DNA of 64,000 bases from Octopus sinensis (GCF_006345805.1 NC_043001.1:102858001-102922000), one strand, 5' to 3'. Shown: positions 49,312 through 61,789, counted from the stretch's first letter. Numbers and translations: made by a program. The notes: generated by a model not told the origin, from the sequence alone.

Positions 49312-50185
49312 GTGGTGAATAAACTGTTGCGTAAATTACACAAAAATGAAAATAACACTGCCATCTCATTTTAACAGATATATTTACCAAAATTACATAA
49401 AAACATCTTGAAATACTGAAGAGTAAATTTATTCAATAAAATCACCATTGGCTTCAACAACGGCCTCCAAACGATTTCAGAATCTCCTGCAAATCATCTG
49501 GATTGTTTAAGTTGGTGAATGCTGCCATAATGCTTGTTATCAGTTCATTTCTGGTGTTGCAAGAAGTTTTGTTAGTCTCTCGTTCAACTGTGCCTCCCCA
49601 CATAATAATGAAAGGGGTTGCAGTCTAGGAAGTTATGTGGCCAGATGTTGGAGGTGATTTGGTTGCAGAAATTATCTGACAGCCACGACTGGGTTCTCCT
49701 GTTTGTGTGGCATGGCGCAGAGTCCTGTTGCCAAGCATTGGGTCTTCCAGCAGCCATTCTTTTGACCCAGTGCAGCACTACCTCCACTTGGCACTTGATA
49801 TAGGCCTCCATGTTAAATCTGAGGCCCTGTGGGAAGATGAATGGAGGCATAATGTCGTCATTACTAGTGATCACTCCAAATAGCATGATGTTGACTGGAT
49901 GTTTGATTTTAATCACTCTTGGTACATGTCCTTAGATTGCACTGACCTCAGATTGACATCCAAACACTCTGAAATATTCATATTGGAGCTTCCAGCACAA
50001 ATGCCAAGCAGTACATGTCATTTCCAAATTTCTGGCAGAGTGAATTGCATCATGGTGCTGTTTTTCTTACAGATGGTGCCCGACTGACCCTGCTATACTA
50101 TGTAGTCAACAAAATCAAAAACAAAACAATGTGCATGCACGAAATTAAAAATATAATATCATGACAATTTACCCATCGCACCATG
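49306..50185 (-). mobile_element. Internally deleted Tc1/mariner-superfamily element, DD37D (maT)-like
   Basis: Transposase C-terminus WQQDSAPCH...IWPHNFLDCNPFHY, with 37 residues between D2 and the decayed D3 position. Degenerate ~24-bp TIRs (17/24 match) flanked by TA. Confidence 0.75.
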
Positions 50186-50529
50186 TATATACACTTAGGG
50201 GGGTGGTTGTATGTGTGTGTGTGTGAGTGTGTTTGTAAGTGTGTGAGCATGCTTGTGAGTGTGGATGTGTATGCATGTGTGTGTGTGTGGTTTGAAGGTT
50301 CAGTCCCAAAGTTGCAACTGGGGCAAGGGGAAAAGATATTGTTGGAGTAAATGGGATGGTAAGAGTAATGTGGAAGAGGGGATTGAAGTGTGTAACAAAA
50401 TCATGGAGGTGCGTGGCATGTCCCCCCCCCCCACTCCAAAGACAAAGGATTAAGCTAAAACATGCCAATGAAATGCACGAATTCTGTGAAGAGATAAAAA
50501 TTCTTTTAGAAGACACATAGCTTCTTCGT

Positions 50530-50875
50530 TATCACCATCATCATCATCCATCATTTTGAATCCGGGTTTTGCCCCCGTTAATGGGGGTGGCTGGATCTAC
50601 CTCAATGCTATAGAAACCGCCCTCACACCATCTTGCCTGGTTTGGGGCATCCTCCCTTCTCAAGCCAACCCTCCCAATCTCCTCCTCCACCTGTTCCCTC
50701 CACATTTTCCTCAGTCTACCTCGCTTTCACTGTCCATTTACCTCAAACTCTAGCACCCTCTTCAGAACATGCTCCTCATCAACTCTTCAACACATGCCCA
50801 TACCACACTCCATTCACCCTTCTCGACCGTTCCACCGATTCCTCCAACCCCAGCATCCTGTACATGCTCAAGCAT
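50530..50875 (-). mobile_element. Decayed RTE 3' end with (GAT)n tail (fourth family)
   Basis: Frameshifted GVGGIxxTVEKGEWSxxGHVLxxDEEHVLKR...; (CAT)n at 50533-50550. Confidence 0.6.
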
Positions 50876-51651
50876 ATTCAAGTGTAGGTGTGTGTGGTGT
50901 GTGTGTGTGTAGTGGTGAGTGTGTGTACATGGGTGGGTGTATGAATGTTGTCTAAGTGTGTGCATCTGTATATATGTAAATGCATTTACACCCTTGGGTT
51001 GATGTATTCATTGTATTGCAACTGGTTCTATTGCTTAGATTTCTTCACACACAAAAAGTTTTATTTAACTTCTACACATAGCAAAATCTTGCACATTTAA
51101 CTAGACTTCACTATACATACACACACAGACAAAAATACCAGTAACATGAAATCTCCACCACACCTCTCATTTTCTCTCCTTTGCTAGTGCTCTTCCTCTT
51201 CATTCTTCTCCCTCTCTCGCTCTTCCAACTTGTCTCTCTAACCTGACTTCAATGAGACCCAGATTGTGCTTTTACTCTGTCATTCTATCCCACTTCCAAG
51301 CTTTCATTCTACCTCAGACCTTTCATGTAGACAGAGAACATAAATGCATCATGTTTTTCCTTTTTACCTCTCTTCCTCTTGCATCATTTAATTTTTACAT
51401 GTTTTCTCTTCTTCAATAAAGAGTATCACCCAAAATATCAGATACACTTCCGTTTCTTTTACTGGCATATTTATCTTCATTGTACATTTCTTTGATTGCT
51501 TTTTTTTTTTTTTTTTTTTTTTTGCTTTATATTTCTACATTTTTTACAGAAATGTGCTTTTCCTTGCCTGACTCTGTCTTGTTTGTTTCACTCCTTTTTA
51601 CCTCATAAATTTACTTCTGTTCTGTGATTTTCATTATATATATCTATATTT

Positions 51652-52030
51652 ATCTTTTACTTATTTCATTAGACTGCAACCATGCTGGAGCACCACCTTG
51701 AAGGAATTTGGTTGAATGAATCAACCCCAGTACTTACATTTTTTAGCCTGCTACATATTCTATTAGTCGCTTTTGCCAAACAGCTAAGTTACAGGGATGT
51801 AAGCACACAAAAACTAGCTGTCAAGGGGCAGTGAGGTCAAACACAGACAAACATGTGCACAAATGCATGCACACACATAAGCGACAAGCTTCTTTCAGTT
51901 TCTAGCAACCAAATCCACTCAATTAGGTCAGCTTGAGCGTATAGTAGAAGATACTGGCCCAGGGTGCCTTGCAGTGGAACTGAACATGTAACCATGTGGT
52001 TGGGAAGCAAACTTCTTAGTACACAGCCAT
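51652..52030 (-). mobile_element. SINE family A, diverged
   Basis: Reverse complement copy with many substitutions. Confidence 0.75.
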
Positions 52031-52885
52031 GTCTGTGTCTATGTACGTGTAAACACATACACAGCTGTATGTACACACACACACACACATAGATGATCGT
52101 TATCTTCATTTTAATGTCTACTCATCAGAGCTTGGATGAATCAGACAAGAGTATGTTACTGCAGAGTTCTTTACAGCTAGATGCCATTTCTGATGCCAAC
52201 CCCCAACCACCACCTTCAATGAGCTCAACCAGTCACATTATGCTGACTGAAATATAAGAGTGATCTATCCCAAGTCAGTCCATCACACCTCCCCCTTTTT
52301 ATTGTCTGATGCTGAAGAGGAGATAACTACTCCAAAATACCAGCATCCATTCGTCTACCTAGGGAGTGCTTTAAAATGACTTAGTGCATACACACCTATG
52401 TGTCTACAGCAAAAAATACACATGTATTTTCTCCATGATAGAGAATGGCCTTTTTTTATGCATTTGAATATGCCTCAAGCATGTTTGAACTAGTAACAAG
52501 TTTATAGTTGTCTGATATGTACACAAATCCCTTTTCATAGTAACTACTTATCTCCTGTCAAATTTATTTATATGTAGTGTGTGTGGACATGCATATATGT
52601 ATATGCACATATGAATGTCAAATTTAATGAACAGCTTGAGTAATTCATCAGTTCAACAGGTAATGAAATGTACTTAACCACCCTGCTTTTAAAGCTCTAT
52701 GGGCGTGATTATTTTGAAGTATTTGAATTCATTGTGTAATATAACACATCAACAATGCTCAATATATTCAGATTTGCACATACTCTGTTTTATGTAGATA
52801 CCCCTGCATGTGTAATTTTTTTAAATGTATACAGTTAGTACAATTACCATCTTTATACTGTTAATCTAATATCTATTTTTATCAG

Positions 52886-52945
52886 TGGAACACACAAAAG
52901 TGAAAAATAAAATTTATATGGAAGCTTTCATCTTGTCAACAAAAA
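52886..52945 (+). CDS. Candidate symmetric 60-nt exon, plus strand
   Basis: atctatttttatcAG | xEHTKVKNKIYMEAFILSTK | GTatgt. Phase 1 to 1; the only open frame of three. Confidence 0.3.
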
Positions 52946-53570
52946 GTATGTCTCAGAAGAAGAAAGAAGACAATCAAACATTTCAATCATAAGTTTGTTT
53001 ATCATGGTATCAAATTTGAAAATAAACACAATATATCTTATAATCTGATAGATAGAAAATGTTTATTTTTATTTTTCTACTTATTATTTAATATCAGATG
53101 ATATTGCAAACTAGAGCTCAACATCCCAAGATATTTACAACTGTGGTAGCATTTCTTTAGATAAATTATTGTTTTTTATACCTGTTGTACTGAGTTCATC
53201 CTACTATGTTCTACACCAGCAGCTCCCAGGGCCTCATGCCACCTTCAAGCATCCTTCCAGTGGCCCTTCACAGTCTTCCCTTTATAAATATAAATTTTTC
53301 TCTAATTGACTTGTGGTTTACATTTTTTGGTGTGGCCCCTAAAAAAATCCAGGTTAAGCCTCTGGCTTGGATATTAAAACAGTTGAGACCCACTGTTCTA
53401 GGCTTACTCTCTTAAAATGAAATTAAGAAAATTATCATCCTACACATTCTTTTAGAAAGCACAAAACAGACATACAACCTTTCATTTCCAAGACATGACT
53501 GATAACTTTCATCAGTATTCTCAGTCTCACCTATCAACTTCAAGATAGTCAACACAGCCTATGGAATATG

Positions 53571-53880
53571 TCGTCATCATCATCATCAAGGTCCAATTTC
53601 CATGTTGACAGGAGTCGGACAGTTTGACAGGAGCTGGTAAGTCACAGAGCTGCACCAGGCTTCAACTCTCTGTTTTGCCATTCCTAATACCAACCACTTT
53701 ACAGAGTGTACTGGGTGCTTTTTATGTTGCACCAGTGCCTTATACATGGCACCAGCACCTGTGCTTTTTTGTGGTACTAGCATGGGTGCTTTTTACATGG
53801 CATTGGCATGGGTGTTGTACATGTGGAACTGGCACAGGTGATTTATACATGCCACCAACATAGGTGCTTTTTATGTGGCT
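53571..53880 (-). mobile_element. Short RTE-3'-end element with four GTGCTTTTTA(T)GT modules
   Basis: Family terminus plus reiterated module. Confidence 0.75.
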
Positions 53881-54044
53881 GTCTTATTTATTGTAAAAAT
53901 GTTTCCTTTGGTTTTTGAGGTTGTTTGTTTATATTTTTTATGGAAAAAATTTAAGTCAAATTTATAAGGAGGAAATAAATAGAAAGTGGAGAGTATGGAT
54001 GATCAAATCATTTATGACAACCAACCATATCTTATCATAATCAG

Positions 54045-54230
54045 TATGTTGAGTTCAAGACACTTTATTCTGAAAGACGGATACACCTAGCTTTAAATGG
54101 ATATTGTATGTGGTATAACAGAAGACTTCAGAAACCTGAAGTATTCAACAACTTCATTGGGCTTTATGATTTAGAAAAATTGTTAGAAATGAGAGATTGC
54201 AATGCTGATATTGTTTCCAAGTGTAAAAAT
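54045..54230 (+). CDS. Candidate exon of an unidentified plus-strand gene
   Basis: ccatatcttatcataatcAG | YVEFKTLYSERRIHLALNGYCMWYNRRLQKPEVFNNFIGLYDLEKLLEMRDCNADIVSK(CKN) | GTaaat at 54231 (alternative GTaaaa at 54223). Stop-free for ~90 codons and less AT-rich than its flanks. No homologue recognised. Confidence 0.4.
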
Positions 54231-55175
54231 GTAAATGAAATAGTATCAATTAAAAATAAAAATCAGAAGATAATCTCAATTTTCTGAAGACATAACAAAC
54301 TACAGAAAACCAATTTAGTAAAATATTTTAAAATGAACTGAAACAATTAATATTGTTCAATATACTTAGCACTTCAATTTAGAATATAGTTTCATTTAAT
54401 TAATTCTTTTTTTTAAATTAATTTTTCAATAATCTTTAAGAACTTGTGCTTAAGGTCACATATAAATGAGAATAGCACAATGAATATTTCAGTTTCATGA
54501 AATCCTCACAGACAGTAAAGAAAATTTTGTCTAATTCTGTAAATATTTCATCTAAATCTATGTTTGGGTGTTGTGAATAATGTATAACCTTTTCACTCAA
54601 TAAATGTTGCTACCTATATCCAGCTGTAATCAGTCTACATTATAACTCTATACATTGAAGTAAGCTAGATCAGAGTAAGACATTTGTCTAGTTCTTTTTC
54701 AATGACAAAGTAGAGTTCAGTTAGTTACACAGGTTACTACAAAATTCTATGACTGCCTTAGACTACTGCTTGAAGCAAATATTGAGTTATCTGTGGTAAA
54801 GCAGCACTTTACAGTTAATCATTTGGTCAAAAATAGCAGCTAAATTACCCTCAAATCACACTCTCAATCATCTTAAAAGCACTATCTTTAAAAAATATGG
54901 GGGGTCATGACTGGAACATGAATGAATACAGTTCTGTTTTGTGCTAAACAACAACTCTGGCACAATTGCATGGTGTGATGCTATTTTCTGTGTATGACAC
55001 TTTTTCCCCAGGTGTACAGTTTTTAATAAACCACAAATGATTTTTTAAGATATACTCTCTCTCTCTCTATATGTATATATATATATATAAGATACATATA
55101 TAGGGTAGCGAATATTCATTATAAATCTCACCACCAGTGGCCTAGCATGTATAAATAGTCAATAGACAACATATT

Positions 55176-55349
55176 CATATTTTAAAATAGTATACATTTA
55201 AATACAAAAGAAAACTACCCTTTAACAGGTAATTTTTACATGCTAGAAATGGCTGCTATTTCGTGTTGGCTGCTATTTCTAGCATGTAAAAATGACCTGT
55301 TAAAAGGTAGTTTTCTCTTGTGTTTAAATGTACACTATTTTAAAATATG
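55176..55349. repeat. Palindromic element, ~75-bp arms
   Basis: CATATTTTAAAATAGTATACATTTAAATACAAAAGAAAACTACCCTTTAACAGGTAATTTTTACATGCTAGAAAT is inverted with about 5 mismatches. The centre holds GGCTGCTATTT twice. Confidence 0.85.
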
Positions 55350-55395
55350 TGTGTGTGTATATATATATATACATATATATATATGGTGTTTTATA

Positions 55396-55769
55396 TTTAC
55401 TCTTTTACTTGTTTCAGTCATTTGACTGCGGCCATGCTGGAGCATCGCCTTTAATCGAGCAACTCGACCCCGGGACTTATTCTTTTGTAAGCCCAGTACT
55501 TATTCTATCAGTCTCTTTTGCCGAACCGCTAAGTAACAGGGACATAAACACACCAGCATCGGTTGTCAAGCAATGCTAGGGGCCAAACACAGACACACAA
55601 ACACACACACGCATATACATATATACGATGGGCTTCTTTCAGTTTCCGTCTACCAAATCCACTCACTGGTCGGCCCGAGGCTATAGTAGAAGGCACTTGC
55701 CCAAGGTGCCACGCAGTGGGACTGAACCCAGAACCATATGGTTGGTAAACAAGCTACTTACCACACAGC
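55396..55769 (-). mobile_element. SINE family A
   Basis: Reverse complement copy, well conserved. Confidence 0.85.
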
Positions 55770-56029
55770 GCTTGTGGCAGACATTTCATTTAACAGTGTA
55801 TTTAAATGTTCAAGTATTTTTCTTTACATAAATATATGCAGATTAGTGCACTTCATGTTTCAAATAATAAAAAAAAAACCTTCAATTTTCATCTACTGAG
55901 TCACAATATCATTATGCCTGTGTTCTATAAGTTCAACAGATTCAGGAGTCATTTACTTAATACAAAACCTCCAAAGCTTCATACTGTAATAGTACATTAT
56001 TTACAATGGATGGAAAGGTGCCCTCACTT

Positions 56030-56085
56030 TGTTGTTACCATGTTTCGGCTGATGTACCTTCCACCCTTCATCAGGTGTTCTGCTG
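56030..56085 (-). ncRNA. Degenerate minimal type I hammerhead-ribozyme-like motif
   Basis: Minus strand AACAC-CTGATGA-A-GGGTG-GAAGGTACAT-CAGCC-GAAA-CATG. CUGAUGA and GAAA cores are intact; one helix II mismatch; deletion at the cleavage site/helix I 3' arm. Confidence 0.55.
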
Positions 56086-56122
56086 GAATTTCAAACCCAA
56101 CCCTTTTGAAATTTCAAAATTC

Positions 56123-56180
56123 CACCAGAACATCAGATGAAGGCTCAAGAGTACATCAGCTGAAACATTGTGGTAACAAC
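56123..56180 (+). ncRNA. Degenerate minimal type I hammerhead-ribozyme-like motif
   Basis: Plus strand AACAT-CAGATGA-A-GGCTC-AAGAGTACAT-CAGCT-GAAA-CA-TT-GTGGT. Core has U to A; helix I 3' arm largely present. Confidence 0.5.
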
Positions 56181-57509
56181 AAACAAGGTGAGGGACATCT
56201 ATCTGTCCATTGTAAATAATGTACATAATTCTTTGTCTCAAAAATGTAGAATAATATTCCCGTAATAGTACTTGTTCAATCATGAATTATATTGTGTCAC
56301 ATGCAGGTTGTATAGCAGTTCTAACTTGGAGAAGGCAGTTTGCTATTACTGAAAATGTGTAGTTGCTTGACCTGTTATACATAGCAGGTAAATTTCCTTA
56401 AAAAAAAGGACACATTGGATAATGTAATCTTTAACAAACTATACATGGAAAAAGAATCATTTTAACCATATGCTTTCTTAATTTTAGTCATATGCTTTCT
56501 GATCTAGAATAAAATAGCAACAGCTCATCTTAGGTTAAAGGAAGAGACAAAAAGTAAAAGTGTGGTAAGCAAAATTATATTAATTTACTAATTATCTTAC
56601 AATGCTTGACACACTAATACTGCACTAAAAAGAACTATGGCATAAGAAATAAATACAAATTATAAGTATGCAAAAGAACAAAGTTATATTCTTATCCTCA
56701 GTAGTAAAGTTAGTGGATAGTTCCATCAAAATTCTTTACTTTTAACTCATACCATTTAAGAAAGTATGCAATTTATCTATTCAGGAGAGCAACTTACTGT
56801 ATCAATATTTCTTTCACCTAAGACAGTTCAATATTTCAAAGTGCCTCCAATATTAATGTATTTGTTGCATACATATGTATATGAGAGCTGCACACATTCA
56901 TGTGTACAAATACAAGCTTGAATGTTTCATACATGCATGCACGCATGTGCGTGTATGCTCACATTTTCTTTTGGATCATTTAGTGTCTGTCAGTAAATTT
57001 CTCTTTTTTTCTTCTCTCCAATATTTTATTAAATGACTCCATCAAGAGATTAAAGTAGCTTCGTTTCCCTCCCCACCACCTCCCAATCCATTGTAGAGAT
57101 TAAGAATGAAAATTATTTCTCATTTGTTCAAGAAATACTTTCTCAAGACAGTTTGTTAAATACCAAACTCATCATCTTCATTAGTTTAATATGCAACATT
57201 CATTTTAGTTTTTATTCTATGCTAGTACAATCTACTCAGCACATTTTAACTCGTATAACTAAATTGGCAGAGCTTAACTTATTAATCAATGAAAGTATAA
57301 GACTACATAAGAATTTAGAAAAGGCATTGGCAAAAACACTGAAAAGAAAGAAATTTACTTCTATAAGATGTTGAGAACTCATATTTTCTGTGTAAATCAT
57401 AGTTTAAATCTGAACAAAGTAAATGTTAAGCAATTCTAGGTCAAAATTGGTATTACAAAATTTACAGAGAAAAACAACTACAAAACATGGAATATTCCCA
57501 GAATAAAAC

Positions 57510-57830
57510 TATTCTGCAGTTGTGTCTGGAAAGAGTCATTCTCTTTTAGTGCCTTATAATTTAACACACTCACCAGTAAAATTTCCACTCATTTACTTAT
57601 TTATGTTTCTAAAATTTTCATTGTGTCTTGCAACCTTTTCAATAGTTATTAAAAGATACAATGAAAATTTTAGAAAAATAAATAAGTAAATGAGTGGAAA
57701 TTTTACTGGTGAGTGTGTTAAATTAACAGGCACTAAAAGAGAATGACTCTCCCCAGACACAACAGAATATGCTTCAACACAGGAACTCACATAAAGAATC
57801 TTGCAAACCAAATCCAAAAACAAAACTATT
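57510..57830. mobile_element. Internally deleted copy of the same fold-back family (near-perfect ~250-bp hairpin) with extra 3' tail
   Basis: Arms 57519-57645 and 57657-57765 match 41789-42548. Tail GCTTCAACACAGGAACTCACATAAAGAATCTTGCAAACC has homologues at ~17295 and ~63345. Confidence 0.8.
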
Positions 57831-58849
57831 CTACTGGTTTTTCAGTTAAATCATAAAGTTAAACCAATTGGTTCGAAGTTTTCCACATTAAGCACTAAAA
57901 TATTCCTAGATAAGTCACTGCCAGATTCTAAAATTCTATGGTGGACACTGTTGCTTGTGCATTAAAATGTTTAGGTGTTTATAATTGTAGTTTTGCCACA
58001 GCTATCTTGGAATCAAATATTCAACAAAATAAATTAATTTTGAAAAAACCCTAAATCCATAAACAATTCTCCACACAGCTAATCCCGTTTTCAACTATTC
58101 TTTCTCGCCCTGAGACTAACAAACTCTAAATTACAGATTTGGAGCTAAAAGAAAAAATTCAGTGAACCATTCTATCTGAGGATGAGGGCAGTTGTTTAGT
58201 GCCAAGCCAGCTCTGATTAAATAAACTTATAATTAAAAACATTCCAGTTAAGACTATCCCTGCTTTATGTTTATCTATGACTACATTATCCAAGGTCCTT
58301 TTTTAGGTTATCACTTTAGGGGGTATGGCTGCTTTTTCTAGTAGGGCAAGTAACTGTATAGAGGCTCTTACACACTTGAAAGACTATTCTATCAAAAGAG
58401 ATCGTTTCAACAGCAGCAGCTTCTAGATATTTATTTTGAAATAGCTGAATACAGACTGTTCTTGCTATTCAGTGAATATTTCAACTGTGGTCCGACTGGG
58501 TGAATATGATCAGTTTTATCTAACATGAAATGATCAGCAATTTATCTAACTCGAAATTATCATTAAGTATAAACAGAAAATTAAGAGGAAAAGAAAAACA
58601 ATACTTTCCATTTCCAATCAACAATGTGATCATAACTAACATAGTTTAAACATTCTAAACACTAAGAAATTGGTGAGGCCAATCTAATTTAGGATGATGC
58701 CTCCAAAGACAAAATAATTTGATATATAGTTGATATTTAATAATTCAGACATGTCATCCATATGAAAAATGATGGTTAAGTTAGTGTTAGTTTATTTCAT
58801 GAAGAGAACATTAGCAAATTAACTGGCAGTAATATTTCTCACCAGGTAA

Positions 58850-59100
58850 AGAAATCAAAATATGAGCACTTTGTCGATGAGGACCTTGATAAGGGTTGGC
58901 ATGTGGCCTCATTTTCCATTGAAATCAGCTGCCACAGCTTTCTATCTAGATTAGTGTGCTTTTTCTTGCAGAAGATAGGACCCCAGACAGCTGAAGAAAA
59001 CCATCAAGGAAATAAGCACAGCAGCTGAAACTAGCTCAAGATAGCTATGGTTGATAAGAGACTGCAAATGGAACCCTTCCATGGGTGAAGACTAGTTCAG
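58850..59100 (+). mobile_element. Decayed C-terminus of an RLE-type non-LTR element (HERO/NeSL-like)
   Basis: KKSKYEHFVDE...GWHVASFSIEISCHSF...KIG and, after a frameshift, KTIKEISTAAETSSxxLWLIRD resemble the KxxKY...GW...PIEVGCRGF...AAExxSxWLW signature of restriction-like endonuclease LINE ends. Confidence 0.5.
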
Positions 59101-59499
59101 TCCTCAATGCCCCACTCAAGTAAAACACACTGGCTAAGAGGCAGAACACTGAAATACCTGCTGATGATATGGAAGGGTTTCCAGCATTGCAAAGGATTTA
59201 GAAGAGCTAGCAAAACCTCTGAGGAGCTCCTGCACTTTCTGCATGGGGCAAAAAATCTCTGATGTTTATTTCACCTTGTGTAATGACAGGGAAACATTTT
59301 TTATCCAAGTTGTACAGGAAACAACAATGAACACACTTCAGTCTTATTTTGAAAATATCAAAAATGAAAATAACATCAGTCATTAACTAATATATATATA
59401 TTTCTAGTTAACTTTTTAACGTTCCCTGTACTGAACACAAACTTAACTGTTTTTCATAAGGATGGCATCTCAACATAGGTTATTCAATTGTGACTTCAG

Positions 59500-59855
59500 A
59501 CTTAGAGCCAGAAGGACTCAGAGACACAAGCCAGTCTAGAAAAGGAAAATATAGAATCTTAAGAATTCATCAAACAATGAGAGATTTAGAGAAGTTCTAA
59601 TTAAAGCATTTAATTAGGAAGAGACAAAAACAGACAAACACAGAGGTCTACTAGAAGTTCTTACCAGACAATCTACTGGGGGCTACAGACCAAGAAGTCT
59701 GTGGCTGTTGAAATGTTCTAGCCAGACCAAGGGTGATATGGTGGTAGAACAGTGAAGTAGACAAAAGCAATAAAAGCAAAGAGACAAGTTTGGAGGGATT
59801 GGAAGAAAGGGTGTAGCAGAGAACTGTATCAGGTAGCTAGAAGAGTAATTAGTAA
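59500..59855 (+). mobile_element. Decayed fragment of the RTE linker region (same family as 10982)
   Basis: CTACTGGGGGCTACAGACC...GTCTGTGGCTG...GCCAGACCAAGGGTGATATGGTGGTAGAAC...GTATCAGGTAGCTAGAAGAG aligns by eye with 10985-11160 and extends further 5'. Confidence 0.7.
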
Positions 59856-60260
59856 CCCTCTATAATGTTCAAGTGAGGTTGACAATGGAGTACTGCTCCT
59901 ATATTGAGGTGGTGTTGCTACTACACACACACAAATCCTAGATCATATGAAAGTAATGTCACTCAATTGACTGGTAAGAAGATACTCACCAACACAAGTC
60001 AACCTCTGGCCCACACACATATGGTATCCTCTGTCTTTCCCCCAGGTACTACAGTGACCTCTGCTTCTCAGAGTTGGTTGATCTCATGCTACCTCCTCTG
60101 TGACAATTGCAATGACTTGGCTCTCCTCCTTTCATCATCACCTACACTGTGTCAACTCCCATGCCCTACCACTATAAAATTCCCCTTCGAGATCATTAAC
60201 CTTCAAAAACTGTCTCTCTCAACATGTTTTTCCTGCAGTCATTAACTTACAACTGTTCAA
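59856..60260 (+). mobile_element. Decayed CR1/L2-type LINE C-terminal fragment
   Basis: LYNVQVRLTMEYCSYIxGG...ILD...QPLAH..VSS resembles the CR1 motif YKAQVRPxMEYCSxxW. Confidence 0.55.
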
Positions 60261-60969
60261 GATGAGAAGGTTAACCACATCAACCTCACTGGTTTTGAAC
60301 AACCTACAATGGGCCTGAGCACAGCCCTTTCATCCAGATCAATCAATGAAAAAGAAAAACAAGGCCATGGGTTCAAACATTATTAGTAGCAAGATGTTAA
60401 TACCATTGTATTGCTAATTAAAGGAACCAGTTGTAAAAATATATTCAGTTTATATAGAAATAAATCCTCTAGAGCATGCTTATAAAACTATTTTAAAAAT
60501 ACAGATATTAAATGCTGCTATGAGCTAATATAATGATCTTATTTCTTTTTCTAGAATTATCTATATAATCTATAGGCAAGTCAATCTGATTGTTATTGTT
60601 GCTGTTACATTTATTTAGAGCTAGTTTCAAAATTTACAAGTCAAAATCTAAAAATGAGTTTACAACTTCAGACAATCTTTTTCTAGGATTGTAACAATAA
60701 CACCTTAATTGTGTAGAATTAAAACCATATTCTCATAAACACGGAGAAAATTCATAGGCCATGCTATATAAAAAGTAAAATAAAACAAACTTGTTGAGAG
60801 TTGAACTTGGAGAATTTAGATTAAAATTAACATTGATTTCTGCTTTTATTTATTACAGCCATTTTTTTAATACCTTAAAATATCTTAGAATAGTGTTTCT
60901 TGATAAGATTTTAAAACCTTGCCTAATTCTGTTTCATTTTTCATTTCAATGTCATTTTACTTCCCAGTT

Positions 60970-61380
60970 GAAGGTTTTCTTGTCTTGCAAGGTACTTGGT
61001 GACCTTGTCGGTGTTGGGGCCATGTGAAAAGCACTGGTGCTGGTGCCACATAAAAAGCACCCTGTACACTGTAAAGTGGTTGGTATTAGGAAGGGCATCC
61101 AGCTGTAGAAACCAAGCCAAAACAGAGTATGTAACCTGGTGTGACTCCTGGCCTTGCCAGCTCCTGTCAAACCATCCAACCCATACCAGCATAGAAAACA
61201 GATATTAGATGATGATGATGATTCTCCATGCTGGAACAGATTACAGCCTAAGTCAGTTCATATTTGGAGTTGCTTACTCAATGATATATTTTTCAAAAAG
61301 GGTTTACCATGGTTGGATGCCCTTCCTATCAACAACCACTTTACAAAATGTATGGGATGCATTTTATTGTCACCAGTATA
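60970..61380. mobile_element. Two short RTE-3'-end elements in tail-to-tail arrangement (+ 60970-61222, - 61222-61380)
   Basis: ...CCATACCAGCATAGAAAACAGATATTAGATGATGATGATG is followed directly by ATTCTCCATGCTGG...TGGATGCCCTTCCTATCAACAACCAC. Confidence 0.7.
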
Positions 61381-61748
61381 AGAACTGTTGTCTGGTAACG
61401 GGCATAGCCAGAGAGTCCTCTCAACTAAATATTGTCTTTTTATTTGTTCATCAGTTTTATTTTGTATCACTTCCAGCAAGACTAAAAAGAGCGGCTTCTC
61501 TACTTAATGGGAAGGGAGCTAGAATAGGAGAATGATGGAAAAGTTATAGAAAACAAGAGTGATAGGAATACGAATGTATGAGAGAGAGAGATGTGATTGT
61601 TATTACAGAGAGAACTGAATAGAAACAGCGGTGTAATAGGAGAAGAGAGAGTGATAGGAGAGAAAGGATGATGGAAGGAAGAGTAATGGAAGAGAGAAAG
61701 GGTGATAGGAAAGTGATGCACGTTAGATGGGTGATAGATGCAAGAATA

Positions 61749-61789
<41 letters not shown>

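Larger units (their letters stand above)
55992..56250. mobile_element. Penelope-like-element pLTR-type palindrome
   Basis: Imperfect inverted repeat with ~115-bp arms from GTACATTATTTACAATGGA to TCCATTGTAAATAATGTAC. Each arm carries a hammerhead-like core. Confidence 0.65.
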
